From an uncultured bacterium (GTDB taxonomy: Bacteria > Verrucomicrobiota > Verrucomicrobiia > Limisphaerales > UBA8199): a stretch of 64,000 nucleotides of DNA. Of this stretch, positions 44,047 through 52,779 are shown piece after piece. Positions within the stretch are counted from its first letter, which is position 1. Each line of letters begins with the position of its first letter. Under the pieces are notes generated by a model that made no database searches, was not told the origin of the DNA, and worked only from the letters and a program-made list of their open reading frames with translations. The DNA lies in contig CAVVMW010000001.1 in assembly GCA_963749495.1 (NCBI GenBank), forward strand, positions 672,001 to 736,000. Direction: 5' to 3'. The position numbers and the translations under genes were made by a program.

Positions 44047-44350
44047 ACGCGAATACCTGGACCGGCTGCAACTCGCGATTCAGCACCTGCACAAGTGCGG
44101 GGCCGTCTGGCGCCAAACCGTGCCTGTGCATGAAGTCTTTCGGGGCGAAACAGTTTGGCGGGGCCGGGTTGAAGTCTTCGACTTGACTGGACACCCCAAG
44201 GCGCAACGCTGCTTCGCCTGGAGCCACCCAGAGGGGCCGGGGAACCGGAACGAGAAGTTTATAGCGGTCCTGGCAATCCCGCCCGTCACAGGGCCACAAG
44301 AGGCAGTCAAGGCCGCGATTGTGGCGGAAAACAAGAGGGCGAAGAAATGA
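44027..44350 (+). CDS. Hypothetical protein coupled to the transposase
   Basis: VPVHEVFRGETVWRGRVEVFDLTGHPKAQRCFAW...IPPVTGPQEAVKAAI. Overlaps the transposase 3' end. Confidence 0.75.
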   Translation: MKPVANKREYLDRLQLAIQHLHKCGAVWRQTVPVHEVFRGETVWRGRVEVFDLTGHPKAQRCFAWSHPEGPGNRNEKFIAVLAIPPVTGPQEAVKAAIVAENKRAKK

Positions 44351-44559
44351 GCAAACCCAAAGGCCGTCAGATATTGCCACTGTGTTTGCTGGTCCTTGTC
44401 GTTTGCGTGCAGATCAGTATGGCTTTCAAGAGGGGATGGGTTTCAGACTATGGGTTCATCAATGGAATGCTGATGACGTTCACAACACCAGGCTCGATTG
44501 TGTTCCTCCCCGCCCTCGGCATCTGGTATTGGGCTGCGGGGAGGAGTTGGCTGAAGTAG
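44347..44559 (+). CDS. Cargo: small two-TM protein
   Basis: 70 aa with two hydrophobic segments and an ATGA overlap. Confidence 0.55.
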   Translation: MSKPKGRQILPLCLLVLVVCVQISMAFKRGWVSDYGFINGMLMTFTTPGSIVFLPALGIWYWAAGRSWLK

Positions 44560-44715
44560 AACGGCGCCAGGCGAACAACGCATCGGGCCACCAGAGCATT
44601 GACAATCCGCCCGCCGCGCCTTACAATGGCCCCATGGCCAACCTAGACCAAATTAGGACACTACCGGATGTTTTTCCTGTTTGACAACCTCGGCGCATGA
44701 ATACAAATTGTTTCA

Positions 44716-45024
44716 GTGCGCATCGTTTCCGAGGCGTTTCTGCTGGCGGCAGGGCGGCAACATCCCCCGGCGGCTCGCCATCTGGATGCCTGGCGCAAGT
44801 TCGTCAAAACGGCGTCGTGGCGCAACTTGGCGGACGTGCGCCGGACGTATCCCGACACGGATGCCTTGAAGGCCCGTAGCGGGCGGCAGGTGCTGGTGTT
44901 CAACATCCGCCGCAACGACTACCGGCTGATCGTGGCGGCGCATTTCAACCGTCAGATCTTTTACACGTTGCGCTTCATGACGCACGCGGAATACAGCAAA
45001 GAGCGCTGGAAAGACACTTTATGA
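44716..45024 (+). CDS. higB: HigB-family toxin
   Basis: MRIVS...LDAW...VFNIRRNDYRLIV...RFMTHAEYSK. Confidence 0.9.
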   Translation: MRIVSEAFLLAAGRQHPPAARHLDAWRKFVKTASWRNLADVRRTYPDTDALKARSGRQVLVFNIRRNDYRLIVAAHFNRQIFYTLRFMTHAEYSKERWKDTL

Positions 45025-45443
45025 AAGCGACACAAGCGAATATCGAGCTTCCGGGACGGGCGAAGGACTACGCTGGGTTGTGCCGGATGCTCACGCCGCG
45101 CCCTATTCACGACAAAGCGGAGTTGCAGAACGTGACCGAAATCACTGATGCGATGGCGGGCCACGAGTTGACCCCTGACCAGGAGGACTATTTTGACCTG
45201 CTTTGCCGCTTGATTGAGGACTACGAAAAAGACCGGTTTGAGGCGCCCAAGGTGACTGCTTTGGAGGCTTTGGAGCACCTCTTGGACGCGCACGGGATGA
45301 GCACGGCGGACCTGGCGCGCCTGCTGCGCGTTCATCGGACGCTAGGCGCCATGATTCTGCGCGGGGAACGCAACCTGACGCTCAATCATGTTCGGACTCT
45401 GGCGCGGCACTTTGGCGTATCCGCAGACGTATTCCTGGCGTGA
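45021..45443 (+). CDS. higA: HigA-family antitoxin (HTH)
   Basis: PRPIHD, LLCRLIEDYE, ILRGERNLTLNHVRTLARHFGV. Confidence 0.9.
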   Translation: MKATQANIELPGRAKDYAGLCRMLTPRPIHDKAELQNVTEITDAMAGHELTPDQEDYFDLLCRLIEDYEKDRFEAPKVTALEALEHLLDAHGMSTADLARLLRVHRTLGAMILRGERNLTLNHVRTLARHFGVSADVFLA

Positions 45444-45759
45444 AGGCGCCCGCCTCGCATCGTGTTCGGGCGAAGGACCATCCCCGCGAAACGGATTCAG
45501 AGGAGTTGGCTCAAATGCTCCTGCCTGCCGTCCGTGGCAGGCATCGGCCGCTGACCGCTGAGCACTTTGGCCGGCTGCGCCTCCGCGCTCGGCGCAAACC
45601 GGCTCGCGCATGAGTCTGGTTATCGCGCAATCGGATTGGCCGCAGCCAAGGTTTCGAATCCCGTTGCCCGCTCCAATGGAGGTGCGTCGACTTGATGTCG
45701 ACGGCTGGGAAATCGGTAGGGTTCTGACAGGGATATCGCCCGAGCAGCGTGTGGCTACC

Positions 45760-46164
45760 CTACGGCACGGTCCAGTCCACGACGAGCAGGTTCGGCACGC
45801 GGGAGAACTCACTCACGTTGTTCGTCACCACGGTGCCGCTAACTGCCCGCGCGGTTGCGGCGATCCACAGGTCGGCTTCGCTTATGGGCATGCCTTGCGC
45901 CTCCAGGTGAGTGCGAATCGCCACGTAATCCTCTACGACCTGTGCGTCGGGCCAGGCAACGCTGAACGGCACCAGAAACGCGGTGACGCGCGCCTTGCCT
46001 TGCTCGGCATGGGCGCTCTTTGCCGCGCCGACGAGCAATTCGGCGTGAACTTGAAGCGGCACGCGAACGTCCGCCGCCGGTACCGCGTGGAGCCGACGCA
46101 TCGCCAAGGGAGACCTGCCGCGCAGGCAGAACACCACGGTGTTTGTGTCCAGGAAATAGGTCAC
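45760..46164 (-). CDS. vapC: VapC PIN-domain toxin
   Basis: YFLDTN, AELLVG, ADLWIAATA, VVTNNVSEFSRVPNLLVVDW. Confidence 0.92.
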   Translation of the reverse strand: MTYFLDTNTVVFCLRGRSPLAMRRLHAVPAADVRVPLQVHAELLVGAAKSAHAEQGKARVTAFLVPFSVAWPDAQVVEDYVAIRTHLEAQGMPISEADLWIAATARAVSGTVVTNNVSEFSRVPNLLVVDWTVP

Positions 46165-46175
46165 TGTCGGGGCGC

Positions 46176-46451
46176 TCAGTCGCTGTTGAGCCGCTCAACC
46201 GGGCGAGGCGTGCTCCGCGGCGGAGCGGCGAATGTGGCGTCGTCCGCCAGCGAGCCGAAAAGTGTCAGCCACCCTGGCGGATAGCCGTTGGCGACGGCGC
46301 GGGCCTCCATCGTGGCGAGCGCCGCCGCGCGATCGGTCTCCGTGCGGACGCGATCCTTGAACCATTCGGAGACGGACTTGTGCTCGCGCCGCGCGAATTC
46401 CTCCACTTGGCGGGCGAGATCATCTTCAAGCTGAATCGTCAGCGTTGCCAT
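46176..46451 (-). CDS. VapB-like RHH antitoxin
   Basis: MATLTIQLEDDLARQVEEFARREHKSVSEW...LFGSLAD, directly upstream of vapC. Confidence 0.8.
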   Translation of the reverse strand: MATLTIQLEDDLARQVEEFARREHKSVSEWFKDRVRTETDRAAALATMEARAVANGYPPGWLTLFGSLADDATFAAPPRSTPRPVERLNSD

Positions 46452-46496
46452 GGCTGAACCTTCGCTGAAGGCGCGGTGCCGTGCAAGCACAGAACG

Positions 46497-48859
46497 CTAA
46501 AGCGCCAGGTATTTGAGCACCTGGACCTCCTTCTTGAAGACCAGGCGGATGCGATTCTTGTCGAATTGGACATCGAGGGGGGCGCGCTGTTGGAAATGCT
46601 CCCACATCGGGCTGCCATTGCGCGGGTTGATCCGCCAGATGCGCATATAGGGCGGCGTCTCGAACCCGGTCTCGACCGAGGGTGGGCCGTCTTCATCGGG
46701 CTCCTCGGGCACATAGGACTGGACGGTATAGACGAACTGGCCGGAGACGTAGCTGATCAGGCCGCCGGGCTGCGCTCGCCAGAGCGGGGTGCCGGTGCGC
46801 GCATCGATCTTGAAAATAACGGCGCGCGCGTTTTGGGAGATATCGATCTGGCGGGAGTACCTGATCGCGTCGAGACTGGCCGTGCTCGTGTTGACGTAGA
46901 TGTTGTCCTGGTCGTCAAAAAAGACGCCGGCGGTGCCGACCGAGGGCAGGCTCCAGCGCCGGTTGCCGGTCGCCAGGTCGAAGGCGGCGAGCGTGGCCTG
47001 GTCAATGACGTAAAGCGCGCCATGGTGTTCGACGCACGGGCCCCGGCCATAGCGCCCGCGCTCGTTCTCGCCCTCGCCCCAGCCGGGATCGATGGCATAG
47101 CTGAGGGTGGCCTGCCAGAGTTGCTTGTTGGCCTTGTCGAGCACCACAACCGTTTTGTCGGCCGCCACCACGTTGACCGTTTCGAGGCAAAAGACCGACG
47201 GCGGGCCCGTGACCTCTCCGCTCCAGGCCTCTTTGCCATCGGGGGTCTGGAGCGTGACCGCGTAGCGGCTCTGGTCTTCCTGGACCACGTCGCCGCCGCG
47301 GGAGCGTTGCATGTCGTTGAGGATTTCGTTGGCGGCGTTGGCGGTGTTGCCGACGGTGAGCGCGCCGGTGAGAGCCGACTTGGCGGGGGCGGGTTTCATG
47401 GCGTTGCGCGTGACGATGCGGCGCTCGACCAGGCGCGTCGAGAACTGCAGGAAGCCGTCCCGGGTGGGGATGAGCGAGAGGGTCTGGGCGGGCGTAGGCG
47501 GGCTGTTGGGCGCCGGGCGGGCCTGGCGGTCGTTGGTGCTCATCTCGGCAAGGGCCTGTTCCTGGTTGCGGCTGCTGGCGAGCACCGCCGGGAGGGCTAT
47601 CTTGGCGGGCAAGCCCATGTGTTCGGCCTGCCGTGCGACCTTGGCCGGGTCCATCGGTTTGGCGAGGTCTCTCCCCGGCCTGCCCACGGGCATGCCCGCC
47701 AGGGCACCGGAGCGGCCAGGGGCGGCTACCGCGTTGGTAACCGGCGCCCCGCTGAGCGTTTCGGTGCGCGTGTTGCAGGTGGCCAAGTTGATGCGCGTGA
47801 CGCACGGCTCGCCGCTGTCGGCCTCCGCCATCAACAGCAATTGGTCGCCCGACGCGGCCATCGGGCCGGCCCCGGCCGGCAGCGCCACTTCCTTGTCCGG
47901 GTTGCCCGTCTCCCAGTCGTAGTGGACGAGTTTGCCAGGGAAGATGACCCAGATATTCTGGCCGCGGACACGGAGGTCGAGGCTTGCGTCGGCCGCTTTT
48001 TCCGCGCGCAGCCTGAGGCGGTCTGGTCCAGGCATCCGCGGGACGTTGTCCGGGTCGTTCTGGATGGCCCGTTCCCTGGCCTGCTCCAACTCCTTGGTTT
48101 GGGCGGCCACGATAGCGTTGAGGTCTTTGTCCTGGATCAACTGGCGGGACCAGACCTCTTTGTTGGCCTTGAGGTCTTGCCGGGCCAGGAGGCCGCCATG
48201 GAGGAAGACCAGTTGGTCGGGCCCGGCAAAGGCCGACTGGCCCGACCAGGCCGGCTGGCTGAACCGGACGGAAAAGACGACCTTGGGCCTGGAGCCCAAC
48301 CATTCGTACCAGGCCCAGAACCCCAGGCTGAGCGCGACGAGCAGCACAGTGACCGTCGCAATCCGGCCGGTCTTGCGCCAGAACCGGGCCTCGGCCGCCG
48401 ACTTGAGCCCGGCATAGGCGGGGACGTTGAGGCCCCTGGCCTCGGCCTTGGCTTTGCAGTGCGGCCCGCAAAAGTAGCCAAACAATTCCATGCACTTGGA
48501 ACAGATCGGCTTGGAGCAAATGGTGCACCTCTGGACGGCGAACTCGGAGGGGTGCCTGGGACAGCGTTGCGCCTGGGCCTCGGCGGGCTCGCCCTGCTCC
48601 GGGGGGACTGCCTGGGGAAGCGGGATTCGAGCGCCCGAGATGGGCGGCGCCACCGGCACAGCCGCCGCCTCGGAGGCCGCGCAGGCCCGGCCTCAGGGGC
48701 CTGGGCGCCGCCCTGGCCCAACTGCTGCCGCACCAGCGCGGTCACGAATTCCGACGAGTCAACCCCGCACGCCGGGCAGACGAACCGCACCGGCCCCTGG
48801 GCCATCTCCGGCGTGACCTCGAACTCATACTTCGCGCCGCATGAACATTGCAGCTTCAT
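46497..48859 (-). CDS. Zn-finger, TM, PQQ-like beta-propeller protein, frameshift near 48660
   Basis: CSC...CPAC and CPRH...CTICSKPICSKC motifs, TM helix, and propeller repeats (AFDLATGNRRW, IDARTGTPLW). Confidence 0.75.
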
Positions 48860-48860
48860 A

Positions 48861-49511
48861 CTATGGATTGAGCAAGACGACGCCCTGGGTGAAGACCAGT
48901 CCGGCCGGGGCGCGGGGCGCACACCAATCCGCATGGCCGTCGCCAAAGAGCAGGTTGCCGCCGTGCTGGCGGTGGTTGTTGCCGGGGGCACGGCCCGTGC
49001 TCGAGAAGAGGGGCTGGCCCGCCGCCTTGGAGAGCGCGTCCACCTGCGCGTCGCTCATCAACACCTCCGAAGCGTCCGTTTCCCTGCGTCCCATATAGTA
49101 GGCATAGCTGATCTTGTGTCCCCGAAGCGATTCGCCTGCGGGCAAGGGCCTGTCCTTGCTGGCGGGGCAGACGAACACGGAGGTGTCGATCGTGTAACGC
49201 GGCACCAACCTATCCAGGGCATCCTCGGCCGCGCGGGCGCCTGGCACTGCCGGGAATCTCTCCGCCTGCTGGTCGCCATAGAGCTTGAGGGCCATGTAGA
49301 TGCCCTGGAGGTTCTGGCGGCAGGCCGCCCGCTGCCGCTGCTCGCGGCTTGGGCCAGCCGGGGCCCAATAGAGCACTGTCAGGACGAGGATCAACGCCAC
49401 GACGATCAGCAATTCCAGGAGCACCATGCCGCCCTGGAGACGCCCCCGGCAGAACCGGGGCCGTCCGGAATGGCCCGGCGCGCCCCCCGTGCTGTGTCGC
49501 CCCCGCTTCAT
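48861..49511 (-). CDS. Prepilin-type N-terminal methylation protein with H-X9-DG C-terminus
   Basis: GMVLLELLIVVALI, CRQNLQGI, FVCPA, NHRQHGGNLLFGDGHA. Confidence 0.85.
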   Translation of the reverse strand: MKRGRHSTGGAPGHSGRPRFCRGRLQGGMVLLELLIVVALILVLTVLYWAPAGPSREQRQRAACRQNLQGIYMALKLYGDQQAERFPAVPGARAAEDALDRLVPRYTIDTSVFVCPASKDRPLPAGESLRGHKISYAYYMGRRETDASEVLMSDAQVDALSKAAGQPLFSSTGRAPGNNHRQHGGNLLFGDGHADWCAPRAPAGLVFTQGVVLLNP

Positions 49512-49612
49512 GCCCCTCTTATACCGCATCGGCCTGTTGGTGGCAATGAAGAAGTGACGATCCCGAGGTCCTTGAGCGCATCCCGATACCGCCCCCACTG
49601 GCTGAGGCGACA

Positions 49613-49726
49613 CCGGAGTGCGCCCGTCCTCGGGCGCAGCGACGTCCGCAGCCAGGGCAGCCGTCGGGTACTCCGGCGCGCCTGCCCGCTCCGTTGCTGC
49701 TGCGCCCGGGGACGGGCGCACTCCGG
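49613..49726. repeat. Palindromic element, family E (second copy)
   Basis: Same termini as 39747-39860. Confidence 0.88.
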
Positions 49727-49806
49727 CCGCATTGCGAGACCACGCCCTCGGTCCTTGACAAGTCCCCGTGGCATCAAAGAGACTTCAGGAAGTCAGGGTT
49801 TTCAAT

Positions 49807-50511
49807 ATGAACTGGCTTCATGCGGCGGCGACCGCTCTGTATCGGAACCTGGCCACACGCCATCCACGGTGGTTGTGCCGGCTGAAGATGCTCAAGGCGC
49901 ACGCCCTGGAGCAGGACCGGAGGTTTTGGGAGCTTTACGGCGGCATGCTGCGGGAGGGGACGGTGGTCCAGCCGCTGGAGGATTTCTTCAATTTGTACCA
50001 ATTGGCCCTTAAGACGCAGAAGGTGCCGGGGGATGTGGCGGAAGTGGGCGTTTATCGCGGAGGCAGCGCCAAATTGTTCGCCCTGTTCAAAGGCAGCAAG
50101 GGGTTGCACCTGTTCGATACGTTCGAGGGCATGCCGACGACTTGCCCGGACATCGATCGACATCTGGCCGGCGAGTTCGCCGATACCTCGCTCGAATCGG
50201 TTCGGCGGTATCTGAGCGCCTTCAGCGGCGTCTTCTTCTACAAGGGCGTCTTCCCGGACTCAGCCCGCGAGTTGGCCTCTGGCTCGACCCGCTTCAGCCT
50301 GGTCCACCTGGACGTGGACATTTATGAGTCCACCAAGGCGGGCTTGGAGTTCTTCTACCCGCGGACCGTCCGGGGCGGAATGATTATCTCGCACGATTAC
50401 CGGAACCTGGCGTGTCCGGGCGTGAAAAAGGCCTTCGACGAGTTTTTCGCCGATAGACCTGAGCCGGTCATCGAACTGTGGAAGACGCAGTGCCTGGTCG
50501 TCAAGCAATAG
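49807..50511 (+). CDS. TylF/MycF/NovP-family O-methyltransferase
   Basis: GDVAEVGVYRGGS, LFDTFEG, VHLDVDIYEST, GGMIISHDY. Confidence 0.9.
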   Translation: MNWLHAAATALYRNLATRHPRWLCRLKMLKAHALEQDRRFWELYGGMLREGTVVQPLEDFFNLYQLALKTQKVPGDVAEVGVYRGGSAKLFALFKGSKGLHLFDTFEGMPTTCPDIDRHLAGEFADTSLESVRRYLSAFSGVFFYKGVFPDSARELASGSTRFSLVHLDVDIYESTKAGLEFFYPRTVRGGMIISHDYRNLACPGVKKAFDEFFADRPEPVIELWKTQCLVVKQ

Positions 50512-50560
50512 GGCGGGGGCAGGTGCGTTTAAAACTGTCGGTCAGGCTCACGGCGCCTCT

Positions 50561-50752
50561 TTGCCCCGAAGGGGCTTCCGACAATAGCCCGGCGTTTCAA
50601 CGCCGGGTGAGCGGACCCAAGGAGCCGGTCCGTCCCGAAGGGAGGGCTGAAAGCAAGGAGTGTTTTCAGTCGTCCCTTCGGGACGAGGGTCCCTTTTGTG
50701 GCCTCCCCGGCGTTGAAACGCCGGGCTATTGTCAGATGTCCCTTCGGGACAA
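50561..50752. repeat. Palindromic element, family C (diverged copy)
   Basis: aatagcccggcgtttcaacgccggg mirrored by ccggcgttgaaacgccgggctatt. Confidence 0.85.
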
Positions 50753-50885
50753 AACCCCCGAGGCGCATCCCGACGCTTTGAATAGCACCCAGCGGCAGCA
50801 TTTTTGGCTTCGCTCGGGGCGTGGGTGGGCTAAGGTATGGGGGCGCGGGCGAATGCCGCGGGCGGAATGAGCAGCAAGGCACTTT

Positions 50886-51386
50886 ATGAACCTGGATGAA
50901 GCACAACGCAGAAAAGTGGCGGAATGGATTAAGGCAGGACTGAAGCTGTCCGAGATTCAGAGTCGTTTGGCTTCCGAACTTGGCCTGCGGCTGACCTACA
51001 TGGAGGCGCGGCTGCTGGTGGATGACCTGAAGCTGGTGCCCAAGGATACCGAACCAGTCAAGGCTGCGGGGGGCATTCTGGGCGCGACCGGCGCCGGAGG
51101 CAGCGCCGACGCGCCTGCCGCACCGCCCGGGCGCGCGCAAAAGGCCGCCCCTGGCGGCGCCGCCAAGCCCGGCGGGGTTTCCATTGCCGTGGACCAGATC
51201 GCCCGCCCCGGCGCGGTGGTCAGCGGCAAGGTCACGTTCAGCGACGGCAACACCGCAGAGTGGTATTTCGACCAGGCGGGCCGGCTCGGCTTGGTGCCGG
51301 AGCAAGCCGGCTACCGCCCGCAGCCGGCAGACGTGCAGCAGTTCCAAATGGCCCTGGACGCCGAACTGAACAAGCTGGGGCTCTGA
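50886..51386 (+). CDS. Hypothetical protein
   Basis: LKLSEIQSRL...LTYMEARLLVDDL and PGAVVSGKVTFSDG...WYFDQAGRLG; coding-like composition. Confidence 0.8.
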   Translation: MNLDEAQRRKVAEWIKAGLKLSEIQSRLASELGLRLTYMEARLLVDDLKLVPKDTEPVKAAGGILGATGAGGSADAPAAPPGRAQKAAPGGAAKPGGVSIAVDQIARPGAVVSGKVTFSDGNTAEWYFDQAGRLGLVPEQAGYRPQPADVQQFQMALDAELNKLGL

Positions 51387-51388
51387 GT

Positions 51389-51602
51389 AAAGGCTAAAGG
51401 CTGAAGGCTAAAGGCTAAAGGCCGGAGGCTAAAGGCTAAAGGCTGAAGGCTAAAGGCTAAAGGCTGAAGGCCCGAAGGGGTAGGTGGAGCGTGTCCCTTT
51501 TTGTCGCTTTTGTCCCTTTTGTCGCTTGCCCTGTGCTCACACCGTCCAGGTTTGTCTTCCCGCCTTCGGGCCTTTAGCCTTTAGCCTTCAGCCTTTAGCC
51601 TT
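51389..51602. repeat. Heptamer array (aaggcta/aaggctg) with an inverted shorter array
   Basis: Forward array 51389-51470 and reverse-complement array 51569-51602, between convergent genes. Confidence 0.85.
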
Positions 51603-52776
51603 TCTGGCCCAGCACATCGAGCACGGACTCTGTCATGCGCTCGGGGGTGAGGGCGGTCATGCAACGGAAATCAATTGGGCAGGCGCGGCGGAAGCAGGGG
51701 GCGCAAGGGGCGTCGGACTTGAGCAATCGGTGTTGCGGGTCGCCCGGCAGCCCCGGGCCGGTCAACTCGGGCGAGGTGCTGCCAAAGGGCGCGACCACGG
51801 GCGTGCCGAGGGCGGCGGCCAGGTGCATGGGACCGGAATCGTTGGTGAGCAGGACTCGGCACAGCCTGAGCAGGGCCATCAGCTCCCGCAGGGAGGTCCG
51901 CCCCGCCAGGTTGAAAGCCTTGCCTGCGGACGCGCCCGCTATCCCTTCGCACAATTCCCGATCATTGGGCAAGCCAAACACGAGCCACACGCACGAGTCG
52001 GACCCCAGCCGGCGGCTCACCTCGAGGGCCGTGGCGGCAAAACGCTCCGCCGGCCAGCGTTTTGCCGGGCCGTATTCGGCCCCGGGATTCAGTCCCAGGA
52101 CCAGGAGGCGCGCCAGGTCGGGCGGCGGGCCCTGGCGCGAGCGGGGCAACTGGGCCAGGAGAGTCTTGCCCGCGCGCTCGACCTCGTCCGGCGCGACCTC
52201 CAGCCTGGGCGGCAGCGGGTCCGGGTTCGCGCCCAGGGCGGCCGCCAGGCGCAGATACCCATGGACCTGGTGGGCGGAGGAAGGCGGCGGGGCTTCGAGC
52301 CCCAAGGCCGATTGGCGGCGGCGAATTTCCCGGACCGACAGCTTGCGCATCCGGACGCGGCCCACGCGCTCCGCGATGGCGTGGGTGAGAAACCAGTTGC
52401 GCCAGGGGCGCGCGCAACCGATGCGCCGCGGGACCCCTCCCAGCCACGGTTCCAACGCGGACCGCACCGAATTGGGCAGGATGAGCGCCAGGTCGAAACC
52501 CGGGCCGCCTCGGATTCGCCTTGCAACCGACCACACGCTCTCCCCCGCTGAAAAGGCCATGACCTGATCAATGCCCGGCAGGTGATGCCAAAGCCCGGCG
52601 AGCTTTTCGGGCGTGAGCAGCGTGATGGAGGCTCGGGGCAGCCGCTGGCGCAATCGTTGCAGGGCCGGCGTGGTCATTACGGCATCCCCCAGCCAATTGA
52701 CGCCTCGCACCAGCAGGCGCCCAGACCAGTCGGCAGGCAGAGGCTCCAGCGCGGGGGATGAGGCAGGGGAGGACAT
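51595..52776 (-). CDS. waaF: LPS heptosyltransferase II (GT9)
   Basis: RGVNWLGDAVM, LNPGAEYGPAKRW, LAGRTSL, TNDSGPMHLAAA, FGST. Confidence 0.92.
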   Translation of the reverse strand: MSSPASSPALEPLPADWSGRLLVRGVNWLGDAVMTTPALQRLRQRLPRASITLLTPEKLAGLWHHLPGIDQVMAFSAGESVWSVARRIRGGPGFDLALILPNSVRSALEPWLGGVPRRIGCARPWRNWFLTHAIAERVGRVRMRKLSVREIRRRQSALGLEAPPPSSAHQVHGYLRLAAALGANPDPLPPRLEVAPDEVERAGKTLLAQLPRSRQGPPPDLARLLVLGLNPGAEYGPAKRWPAERFAATALEVSRRLGSDSCVWLVFGLPNDRELCEGIAGASAGKAFNLAGRTSLRELMALLRLCRVLLTNDSGPMHLAAALGTPVVAPFGSTSPELTGPGLPGDPQHRLLKSDAPCAPCFRRACPIDFRCMTALTPERMTESVLDVLGQKG

Positions 52777-52779
52777 GGA

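Larger units (their letters stand above)
41544..44665. mobile_element. IS1-family cargo-carrying element, 3,122 bp, probably non-autonomous
   Basis: Perfect 18-bp TIRs ggtagtgtcctaatttgg (41544-41561) and ccaaattaggacactacc (44648-44665). 8-bp TSD ggatgttt at 41536-41543 and 44666-44673. Internal IS1-type transposase. Confidence 0.93.

Noticed and set aside
46476..50012. 1178-aa plus-strand ORF and similar long ORFs (16903-18969, 62332-63873)
   Set aside because: Antisense shadows of real genes in high-GC DNA with no recognisable motifs.
51389..51470. Tandem repeats as a CRISPR array
   Set aside because: 7-nt units with no unique spacers and no cas genes. The same applies to the other microsatellites.
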